From assembly GCF_003704095.1 (NCBI RefSeq), contig NW_020847687.1, positions 1 through 64,000 of the forward strand: a stretch of DNA of 64,000 nucleotides, in the 5' to 3' direction. Position numbers and translations under genes: made by a program. The notes under the pieces were generated by a model. It was not told the DNA's origin and made no database searches. It saw only the letters and a program-made list of their open reading frames with translations. Below, in pieces: positions 49,908 to 64,000 of this stretch (position 1 is the stretch's first letter; each line of letters opens with the position of its first letter). The DNA is from Pocillopora damicornis. Taxonomy: Eukaryota.

Positions 49908-52900
49908 ATGGCTGCTCCTCCTAGTCGTGGAACACGGTTTTTTAGTCGAATACAAGATGCCCTCACACATGCTGTGACTCCACGTTTGCAGATCGACAGA
50001 AAAACTATCGAGAAGACGTGGAAACTGATGGACAAAGTGGTGAAACATTGTCAAAACCAACGGCTGTCGTTGAAGAATAGCCCCCCTTACATCTTAGATA
50101 TTTTGCCCGATACCTACCAACATTTGAAGTTGATTATCTCGAAATACGAGGATAGGATGCACATTTTGAACGACTGTGAGTATTTTAGGATTTACATAGA
50201 AAACCTCATCAAGCAATCGAAGCTGGCTATCAAGCTTTTCAAAGATGGAAAAGAAAAAATGTACGACGAAAACTCCACGTATCGACGCAGCTTGACCAAG
50301 CTGAGTTTAGTTTTCAGTCACATGCTGGCCGAGGTGAAGGCAATATTTCCTCAAGGAACTTATATAGGAGACGGCTTCAGGATCACAAAATACGATGCAG
50401 CCGAATTCTGGAGAAAGAATTTTGGGATTGGGTAAGTCTGATGTTAAGTTAATTTTCTTGGGCTTCATGTATTGTTTTGATAAACGAAAGTGATCAATGG
50501 TCGCTACATACACAACCATGACAGCTCGTTTTCAAAATCTTGTTCTTCGCTTTTGTTAATCTCCCTTCGCGCGGGTGGCCAGGCCACTATTTGCTTCGTT
50601 TCCAAAATGTGTCGTCAAATTTTATAACATATCACAAGGAAAAAAATAACTTCTTGACGTTTATTAATTAATTGCGTGCTTCCCCCGACTTTTAATTTAA
50701 AGATCTTGCATTATATCACCTTTAATTCCTCACTCTAAAATCACGAAAAGACCGCGTTTTCCTTTCGATGGCGTCCTTTGAGCTTTCCAAGAAGGCTATA
50801 CAAGAAACCCAAAACATCCTTAATTTTTTTCCCTTTCCAAGTAAATTTAGAACTTAATTGTCCATTGGAAACTGTGTTTACAAATACAAAGAAAACCATC
50901 ATAATTTTCGTCATATATTCATGGTGAAACACGTAAAGATCTGACTTAAATTGTGATGTTAGATGCATTTCAGACGAGCTGAAACTTTTAAATATCGTAT
51001 CATCTTGTCTATGTTACTTGAAAAATATCCAATCTATTTGTTTGGTTATGCATCACTGCTATCATAGACCTCAGAATATTATTCCTAAACTTAATTTGCT
51101 GTACTCTACCCGGTGCGTTTTTAGTTCTCGTACTCAAATTTTCTCTCGGCTCTGATTGAGAACAAATAGCTGAACATTTAAGTAGCGAAGCGAATGAAAT
51201 TGTAATTGGTGTTTATATTTTATTTCCTTCTCTAATTGAAAAGAGATCAAGGAAATTTTATTTTCTCCTTTGCTGAAGGAAAGCTGTATGTTGCAAGAAA
51301 AAACCCGGACCAACTGTTTATGAATTTCAATAAGTCTTAAGTTGCAATACGTGATGTGGCTCAGAATTTGTTAATTCATAGTTATTATGGCCTTTGAAAG
51401 GTAATGTACCCATATATAGCCTGTATGATTCTGTGGTTTCACAGGAAAAGCCTCTACTATGATGTAGAAAGAGAAACAACAATTTTCTTTTTAAAGGAAA
51501 TTAGAACATATGCACGTAACAATTAGGTTTTGAGAAGTGACTGTCAGATCTTAAAAGTGATTTTGAGGTCAATGGATCAATAGATAACCTGCATATGATT
51601 TTTGGGAAATATAGCTTTTAAGTCTTGAGTAGATCATATGTATATAGGCTTTAAAAGGTAGATAACACTAAGTGTGTGTTTTGGAGTTTATGTTCTGCCC
51701 TGACATGGGAATGAAAAACATGTTTTTGATTACCAGTTATCTCACAGCTAGTTATTCTGAAATGTTGTGTTATCCTCCAAGAATTACTAGACATGCATTC
51801 CTATATTAAGAATTTAAATAGCTCTTCCGGGAAGTAATGTGACAATGAAATGTCTAACTAAACGTAGAATTTTGTTGAGTTTTTTCATGGCCAACAAGCT
51901 GTTCTCACATTGTCTTTATGGTTTAGTCTTGATGCATAATTCAATAGAATTTATGTTCAATGAGGTGAAAAAAGAAGCATCATTGATGATATTTTGAAAT
52001 TGAGCTTGAGTGGTAATCTATCTGTGAATATGCCTTTTTCTTGATTCTACTTCACTGGACAAGTGTTTATATTTTGACACCAAAATGTACCTAGTGCACT
52101 CAGCTGAATAACTTGCTATCACCACCAGGAACATCAAAACAGACTGCAAAATATCACTCAACACAGACTAAGTGTGTGAGGCTTTTAACTAAGATATTCC
52201 CTAAGGAGAGGCAAATTTTTTTGTGCAAAAAAACATAATGGAATATTGTTGAGAGTAACCTTAACATCCAAGTGCTGATGAGGGGTATGACAGGTACAAT
52301 CTCCAACTTCGAGAGCAGACCAAGATTTTTAGTGAATTTTTTGTGAAAGGTAATGGATTTTATTACTCTTCATTCTCTTCAGGAAAACAACGGTTTCATG
52401 GAAGCAATTTCGTCAAACTCTCCAAACAGTACACCATATCAGCTCAGGTTTGGAAGCAATGGCCTTAAAGTCAACAATAGATCTGACATGTAATGACCAC
52501 ATCTCCATATTTGAATACGATGTCTTTACAAGATTGTTTCAGCCATGGTCGCATCTGCTTCAGAACTGGAATCTCCTTGCCGTGACACACCCTGGTTACT
52601 GTGCTTTTATGACTTATGATGAAGTGAAGGCAAGATTGTGTAAACACATGGATAAACCTGGAAGGTTTGTTTTATTCCAATCAAGGGTTAATATTGTATC
52701 AAAGCAGTCTATTGAAACTTTGAATTTTTGCCACCAAAAGCATCGTTGATGAAAACTAAAAGAAAACAGTCTTAGTGTACCAATGGGTATTACAATGTTT
52801 AAACTGGTAAGTGAATGGGTTAATTACGTCATTTGACTGAAAACTAGACCATTCTATACCTGAAGAAAGTTTTAACCTGGGAGTCAATAAATAAAGGGAA

Positions 52901-55900
52901 AGTTTTGTTACAGAATAAGAAATTAATTTGCACACTGATAAGGCTGGATAAGAGGACACTCAAGGGTCTTCATTTTATAGTGAATGGATGGTATCTTTGG
53001 GCAAATATCCACCAAAGAAAACAATTTAAAAGTTGGTGTAGAGCTGTATTGTGCAACTGATTCATTTACCACTTGCATCTTTTTTCTGTTGTTGTTGTTC
53101 CAGCCTGTAATTTGACTTGTGATTTCTTTTTCTACAGTTACATTTTCAGGTTAAGTTGTACAAGACTGGGGCAGTGGGCCATAGGATATGTTACACCTGA
53201 GCATACGATTCTTCAAACCATTCCTCAGAACAAGTCACTCTGTCAGGCACTTATTGATGGAGCTAGAGAGGGCTAGTAAGTGCTCCTGAATTCTCACCCA
53301 GAAGAACTTAAGATGTTTAAACTTCAACCTTTCAAAAAAAAAAATCCAGACCTGATATTTTTCAAGTCTCTCATTTGCAATCAATTTTAATCTTCTATCA
53401 GCACAAATTTTTTCCTAGCATTTTGGGTATGATTTGATCATTTCAATTCTTAACAATTGCTAGCTCTTCAGTATCTGTTGGCAGTCATAAGTTCTTTATG
53501 ATATTGGAAATTCCTAATTTTCAAGTCTAATCATCAACACAAGGAAATCCCTTTTATATTAAAATCTATTTCCATTAGCAATATATTTCTTTGAGATTTT
53601 GATCACAAAGATTGTGTAGAAATTAAAGTAACAATTAGAGTTAACATTTCAAACTTAACTTTTCTTTTTTATTATTTTCCTTAGCTACCTTTACCCTGAT
53701 GGAAATTCAGACAACCCTGATGTTAGCCATCATCTCATCACCCCTCCTGATGAGCACATCACTGTCACTGAAGAGCAATATGAGTTGTACTGTGAGATGG
53801 GATCCACCTTTCAGCTTTGCAAGATCTGTGCAGAGAATAATAAAGATGTGCGCTTGGAGCCCTGTGGTCATTTGATGTGTCACATGTGCTTAGACCAGTG
53901 GCAAGAAACTGGGGGGGAAGGGTGTCCATTTTGCCGTTCTGAAATCAAAGATATGCAGGCCATTGTTGTGGATCCATTTGTACCACATCTTGAGGAGGAG
54001 ACAATGGCAGTAAGAGCAGCAGAGAACCAAGAGAATCACTTGGACGGGGAAGACGATGAAATCATGGAGGTTTGAGATTTATAAAATGCATAATTAACCC
54101 TGTGCACCCTAACATCAGTACACAAGTTTTCCCTAAATTGCTAAATACATTTTCTATGGTATGTGCTAGGAAAATTTGCCTAAAAAATTGAGAGCTTCTA
54201 GAGTTTGTGAACATTTCTTTTTATTCTCATGACCTTGAAGTTTGTTTCAAGGGGTGATACAGTTGAGAGAAATTAAATGCAAATAATTCTAAGGATGTAC
54301 ACGGTTTAATTATTGCGAAAGAGATTGTCACTTTCACCCTCCTGTTCTCCACTTGAGGGATCCTCTTTGCCTACTTGACTACCTTTCTGTGTGACTCTTT
54401 ATCACTCTGACAAAGGGCTAATGCCCAAAATGTCAGCCATTAAACTCTTTATGGTGGCTAATTTACATTTTCAACTCAGTTGTTAATACTAAATTACCTG
54501 TTATACTCTTCCACTGATGCAGCACCACAGTTTTTTTAGAAATTTACCCCCTCTATTCATTTATCTTTTTGTCTGTCTACTTACCTACTGAATCTATTTC
54601 AAAAGCTAACCCTGAGTGGTAATTTTTTTTCTTTCCTCAGGATCCTAGTCAGTGGGTTTCCACAATTGATTCTAGACCTCATGGTACTCAACAAGGAAGA
54701 TATCCCCATTTACAGCAGGAGAACACTGAGCAGTCTCGGTCATCTGAAGATGCTCCTCCGCCCTTGCCCCAGCGGCGAAACCTCCAGTTCAACTCACAGT
54801 CACCTACCTCTCCAACCCTCGTAGTCACCCATGTGTCACCATTTGCTTCTCCTGGGACATCTTCAAGGTCGTCACCTTTAAGTTCTCCATGGAACTCTCC
54901 AAGGAACTCGCCACGTGCATCTCCTAATGTGTCACCCCACAACTCTCCTCATGTGTCTCCATGTGGCTCACCACATAACTCTCCTTCACTGTTAAGAAAG
55001 GTACCACCACCGCCGCCACCATCAACCTTAGATGAGGACAGTCCTCCTGCAGTACCAGAGAGGAGGTATAAACACAGAGGGACCAATGTGGAAAATAAAG
55101 AGAATAAACCAGGAACTAAGACATCTAAGCATGAAAGCAACAGAAGGGATACAGTGGGATATGCAGACATAGCTGCTGCAAATGTCACACATGACTCATT
55201 TGGTCAAAACCAGAATAAAACAAATTATGCTCAGCTAACTTACCCTCATCCTGATGCAGCTGAGTCTACTGACAGGGAAAGAAGCAGACCAGGAGAAGCC
55301 ACGATGGCTGAAATTTGTGCAAATGAAGAGGCAACTTCATATGATTTTCCTCTACCCATAATAGCTGAAAGAGAACGTTCACGGGGTGAGAAATCTAACA
55401 AAGAGAATGGTTTAAGGGACAATACCACTGACCTTCAATCAGTTGCAGATCCTTTTGCTGAAGACCCATTTGAATCGAATGGTAAATCAAAAAATGCCCC
55501 GTTTGATGATGATTTTGTAAAAGGCCCTTTGGTTGTAGCATTGCCACCAACACGTTCACAAAGCTATAATTCTGGGATGCCACGCAAAACCCATGCTCAT
55601 AGCGACAAAAATACTCTACCTTCAAGGGTGTTCACCAAGGCAAGATCCACTGATGATGTGCTTGAGGATCCCACTTATTCAAATGTTCGTCGAGACCATG
55701 GCAGACATCCTGGTCAAACCAATGACTTTGAGAGCAACGGAAATCCCACTTCAAACAGTCACCATGATAGAACTTTACGCCCAGCCCTGCTTACACGAAA
55801 CAGCTGGGCTGGAGCAGAAGCAAAAAATTTCAGCAATCCAACATATGGTTCCCAGGGTTTAGATCCAAATAAGTTAGAGGGGAAGGGAGAACACAGACCA

Positions 55901-56092
55901 ACACGATCCAGATTGCCAGATGAAGATCCAAACCTTGATGCTATGCAGTTTTATGAAGAGGATTTTACAATTCTGCAGGCACAGGGCTACAGTCGTGAGG
56001 AGATCACTAGAGCCCTTATTGTAGCTGATAACAACTTTGCTTTGGCAAGGAAGATTCTCCGTGAGTTCTCTCAAGGGACAAGAAAGCTATGA
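49908..56092 (+). CDS. CBL: E3 ubiquitin ligase CBL (TKB, linker, RING, Pro-rich, UBA)
   Basis: Exons: 49908-50431, 52383-52664, 53138-53275, 53685-54069, 54641-56092. Motifs: [33 protein letters not shown]; [17 protein letters not shown]; [18 protein letters not shown]; [37 protein letters not shown]; C-terminal [21 protein letters not shown]. Confidence 0.98.
54405..54550 (+). repeat. Decayed short interspersed repeat with a hammerhead-like core (copy 2)
   Basis: ctctgacaaagggctaatgcccaaaatgtcagc... reads CTGACGA-stem-CGAAA once CpG decay is reversed. Confidence 0.6.
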
Positions 56093-59000
56093 ACTTTTGG
56101 TTACAGTTGAATAGTAATGTAATATGCTGAGAAAGTTGGAATTAAGGTTGAGTTTTTCCCCTTGTAGAGTTGCTAAAGAAAGGAGAGTTTTGTTGAATTT
56201 TGATACGATAGCCACATAATGAATTATCAAGTAGTTTTTTATTTTTTAGTTTTCAGGTTTTAATTTTAAGTTTTTAGTTGTTTAGTTTTTCAAGTAACTA
56301 AAGTTTTTAAGGTAATTAATCTAAACCTTTGAAATGTGCACCACAAGAATTAATTCCCACAGAGGAAATTTTTTGACATCTATGCAGTTTCCTTAATTTG
56401 AAATTCTTTATAACCCAGCCTGACAAATCAGTGAAAATCTTGATCAGTCAATTTAAATTGACCCCAGTTTATCTATTGAAAAAAATTGTGACATTTAACA
56501 TGATAACCTTTTCATTACTTTTTATGGACTTCTAATTTTGATCGGTTGCTTTCCAATGATATTCTTCCATAATACAACAGCTCAACAAGTTAGGTTAGAA
56601 AATGCAATCAGCAATATATATGAGACAGTAGACAGCACCAATAGGGACAAATGTAAAGTGACTTGTTACTTGGCTGACTAAGAAAGAAGGCAAGGTCATG
56701 CTTTGACTGGCTCTTGAAGCAGGTGAGATTGGCTTGTGTTACACACTCTGGATTGTCCATTTTTTCCCCCTCTGTGAATTGCTTACATGTTTTTTCTCAA
56801 AGAGATTATTTTGTATAATCTTTTTGCCAGGTTATAAACTGACCAAGCTTGTTCCTCAAGTTGGCTAAGCTGTAAAAGGGTTTTAAAAATATTTCCCAAA
56901 ATCAAATCTTCTTGAACTCATGTTTGGTTGTGGTGCATCTGAACATGTAACTATTACCTGGTTATAGATTGTTGGCAACACAACATCAATTTACAAATAC
57001 AGGTTGATTTTTTAATTTATTCATTTCATGATTAATGACTTGATCAGTCAGACCTGGTGGTAGGTTAATCATAGTAGGGAATGACAGTAATTGTTTAGCT
57101 TATGAAGCAGTAATTACCCAGTTTTCTCAAGTCATAATCAATCAACTCTCATCAACCCTTAAACCCCCAAAACTTAAGTTGGAATCCCACCATATATTTC
57201 CTTCTGGATAAGTGAAGAGAATTCACTGTTTTATCAAACACCTTGCTGATGTGTTTTTCAATTCTCACCACATATTTGCTGGATAATGTATAGATGTAGT
57301 AAAGAGAAGTTATATATCAATTAACTTTGGGAGTTGAAGGGTAAATAAAGCTTTCAGTTACTCGCTAACTTTTTGGTCAGGAGAAAAAATTGCTGTCAGA
57401 ATTTTGCTGGTGGTCCTAACAAGATTAAAGGTTCTTTTTCAAAACTTATTTGGTACATGTTATGTGTTCAGAAAAGAGAGTGGTAATCAGCAATTAATGG
57501 AAAAATGAATATTCCTTTATTTCCACATTGGGGAATAATTTTTTTTTTTTTTTTTTTTTTTTCATGTCACTTCTTTGTCATTTCTATTCAGGTTGTAGAG
57601 CTATAAAGGGAAACTTTGTTGTCAGCCTGTGGCTTGTTGTGTCTTTGTTAAAGCTTTGTTGGGGTGTTAACGTAAATGTGATACTCTATAATTTTAAGTC
57701 CTATTTACAATTCCCTATGGGAAAAGTTAATTGTCAAGTTTATAATTACCAGTGCAACAATTCAGGGTTTAAGGATGAATCATTGAATGATTTTGCAAAA
57801 TTGAATGTAAAAAGACAAGCCTGGTCAGGTAATGGCAGTTTTTTACTGCCAAAGTATTTGTAAAAGTGAACAGAATTCAGACCTGTAAATAAAGCAACAC
57901 AAGAAAAAAAAAGCTTGGAAACAATCAAGCTTGTAAAGATTATTACATTTTTAGAATTATCCAAATTTCTGGACTTAAAAAAGAGCGACAAATAAGTAAA
58001 CATAAGGGTATTAGTCTAGAATATGGTAATTAAATAAACATTTTTTGGGGGAAGTAATTTTTTTTGGATCAATAATTCTCTTTTTTTATCATAGAATTGA
58101 ATTCAGAAACTGATTTCTTATTTATTCTCCTTCCTGAAAATTTTTCATTGTGTTAAGCAGCACTTTAAGACAAATACTTTGTTGCCATAGAAGAATGTTT
58201 TTTTCTTTTTGAAATAAATCAATTATGACTATATCTTGTTAGCTTTGATCTTCCTGAATCAAACCTCCAAGCAAAAGATATTAAAAATAATTCCAAAAAC
58301 CACGGTTCAAAATAGTCACCTTGAGGAGATCAAAACTCATCATAAAATGTGTATTATTGAAAACCTGCAGAGACAAACTCAAAGATGTGATACAAAGATT
58401 TACATACAATACATAGTTGTTCTGAGAAGTGTAGGGAATTACATAATCATTGCTAATCTGTCCAGAGCCAATTTGGTCTGCGACAATTTTTTACTTGGAA
58501 GGTGACACTCAGAAGAAAATTACAGTGATGGTTGAAAGCCTTGAATTCAGTGACAGAATTGACCACTGAATGGTGGGCTTAGTTGAGTGAATTTAATCAG
58601 CCAATAATCTTTATCTTCAATTTTCACTGACATACACATAACTACCTTCCTAACCCCTCTATATATCAGAGGGCTTTACTGGAATATTTCTGATCAGTGA
58701 TTTGGTATGAAATGTTTCACATTACCAAGATCCATTTTGTCTCTATGAGCCAGCCTATTCAAACATCAATATTTCCAAGTGCCAAATACAATAAAAATGA
58801 GTTGGAAGGAAAGTATTGGTTCATTTTTCTAGTAGCTAGGGAAAGAAAAATTTCCTTGTGATTTTTGTAAGTGTTAGCTCATCAGTTTTGAAAATTGCAT
58901 GCATCTCTGTACATAAATTCCCTTGTCAATGAACCTCACTTGGTAAAGTGATAGAAATATAAAGAATTTTTTTAGCATATATTGCTATGTAAATGAAAAC

Positions 59001-60053
59001 TTCAAATCAGTTATAGAACAGATATACCACATGATAATGTAAATGCCTATATCAGGAGAACTATTTAAATGCTATAAAGATACCAATATATTTCACAGGA
59101 ACCCACTCTATTTTAAGAGTAGTTGTGTTGCAAAGTTTATGCCTCTCTTTTAAGTTAAAAATAAAATGTTGTGTTAGGAAGACTTTGTAAATTTGAAAAT
59201 CTTTTTGTGTCTTAAGAATAAGAGGGTGTATGAAAGACTCAGAATGAATATGTAAATATTCTAGAACAGGAAATGGGCAAATCAGGCTCAGTGTTTAAGC
59301 GCTGTTGTGTTCAGGAAAGAGCACTCCAGCTGAAGGGCCTCCTCAAAGGGGGAACAAAGACTGGATGTGTGACAGGCTTGGAAACTGAGCCATCTAAAGA
59401 ATGCAACCCATCACACCACTTCCTCCTTGACAAACGTTTCCTGAACATTAGCTATTACTATTGCCTTAACATTTCTAGAGGCAAAGCTACACCTTCATGG
59501 AAGCATGCAAGTACACAAAGATTACCTTTTTCTGCTCAAACATATCACTAGACCAGCCTTAGGCATACTGCCAGAATTAATATTACAATCTTTTTTTAAG
59601 TGCACTGTGTCCATCAAACTAAGATTCCACTACAAATGAAATATTACCACGAGATGTCATCAAAACAATGACCATCCACATCTGGAAGAGACAAAGAACT
59701 TACTTATCCATACAATTACAATACACTATTAACAAGACAGGTAATGAGAGTAAAGGAAAAGGGAAATGATGATATTGTTGCTTTTACACCAAATTCTCAG
59801 AGCTAAAATATCAGAATGTAGAGTAGACTGTGCTGAGACCTTGGGAGTAAAGTGGTTACACATTCAAGGGTTGGGAACCCCAGATTTCTAAGACAATAGT
59901 TATTGGGCTCCTGGAGATTCCTCTTGAGAGTAGAGCTTTGGGATCTGATTGAATAATACAATGACAATAGTTTGTAAGTTATTTATTGCCAAGAATACTT
60001 CCACAGCACAGATGAAATCAAAGTTCAATAGTTGACATAATAAAGCCAATGAG

Positions 60054-62865
<2,812 letters not shown>

Positions 62866-63021
62866 ATGGCGGGCGAAGATGCGACCATGGAAGATCTCGA
62901 TTCGCCATCACAGTGGTTAGTCGAACGAGCTCGGCAAAGCTTGAGAGAGAATAATCCTTATGAAGCTAAAGCGTGGCTAATAACTGCTAAGACACTATAT
63001 CCCAAAGATTTTGGGATTCAG
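62866..63021 (+). CDS. INTS10: Integrator complex subunit 10, first exon (gene continues beyond the window)
   Basis: [36 protein letters not shown] followed by a GT donor matches the INTS10 N-terminus (FLVQRAREL...[20 protein letters not shown]). Confidence 0.9.
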
Positions 63022-64000
63022 GTAGGCTCAGAGCTTGCAATTATTTGTCCATTGATTTGTAAGTTTCTGTACCAGTTGTCATGTTTTCTTTTCAGTCTGC
63101 GTCTATGATTGTCTAGCGGCGTCTTTGGTCAATACTTATAGAACGATCCATAGATTTAAGTGAGTTATCATCGTGCCTCGCACTCAAAACTACAGTGTTT
63201 GATCACTTAGGATTTTTTTTTATATATATTAAATTGTTACATAAGTTTTATTTAACCTTAAATGCGGGTGATTTAGGGAGTAAAGTTAAAATTAAGATTT
63301 CTAATTAAGTCACATAGATACTACTATTCTTGGATGGGATCATCATCCCAGTTAGAAAGATAACATTGTGTAGTCTGATTGTCCAGGTGAGAGTAGTCAT
63401 GGGAAGGACTGTTGTTTGTAGGAGTGACTGATGCTTTGATGACCTCAGTAGAAGTCTTTATTAGTGATGAGACTTCTGCTAGGGTCATTAACACGTCAGT
63501 CTCTACAACAGACAACAGTGCTTCTCTGGATTCTGTGGACAATCAGACCACACAATCAAATGTTACTTCAAGGTTGCTGTTTTAGAAGTTTAGAGGCTCT
63601 CCTTGGTATCTTATGGCAAAATAAGTTGGGAAGTTTTGCCATTCAGTCTCATATATACTTCATTATCTTTGTCTCTTGAAGCTTGTTTTTGCAGGAGCCA
63701 TTATGATAATGCAGAGAGACTTTTTACCATTTTGAAACAATCACTTGTGCTTGGCATCTTGATGTATGTACCATTTCACTTATGTGAAGCATTTCATTTC
63801 AGTATGAGGCTTACAGTATCGAGAGAAATGCTGAGCGAGTTCAGGAGTCTGCCAAGCTTTTCTATATTATGTGAGTTTGTTGATTTTAGATTCCCTCTTG
63901 TCAGAAACTTGGGGAGTGGAATAGTTAAAGAGGAAGAGAAGGCATTGTCTTCACTGAGAAATGTAGTCACAGGAGATTAGTGTAAAGTAATGAAGGAAGA

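Noticed and set aside
63324-63980. ORFs on both strands in INTS10 intron 1
   Set aside because: Stops interrupt the longer frames and no family is recognisable. Possibly decayed repeat sequence.

Overview
Gene-dense, AT-rich, intron-rich animal DNA. The repeats and gene content suggest a stony coral (inference). I spliced the genes by hand from the sequence. In order: the 3' end of an IFI44-like GTPase with a SAM-like tail, plus a frameshifted paralog fragment; RBBP5 (- strand, 17 exons) with an intronless cGAS-like/Mab-21 receptor (cGLR) nested in one intron; SNAPC2 (+), whose 13-kb intron holds phase-compatible coiled-coil and BEN-domain exons with two alternative terminal modules; TRAPPC4, split over both strands by a ~1-kb contig that appears inverted between N gaps; a DNAAF8/Daap1-like multi-NDK protein; CBL; UBA52; and exon 1 of INTS10. 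Introns carry many TTAA-flanked piggyBac-type MITEs, foldback elements, a tRNA-derived repeat and decayed hammerhead-type repeats. The most novel candidate is the SNAPC2/BEN locus, where one Myb-type N-terminus may be spliced to alternative DNA-binding C-termini. No database searches were run, so family calls rest on recognised motifs.
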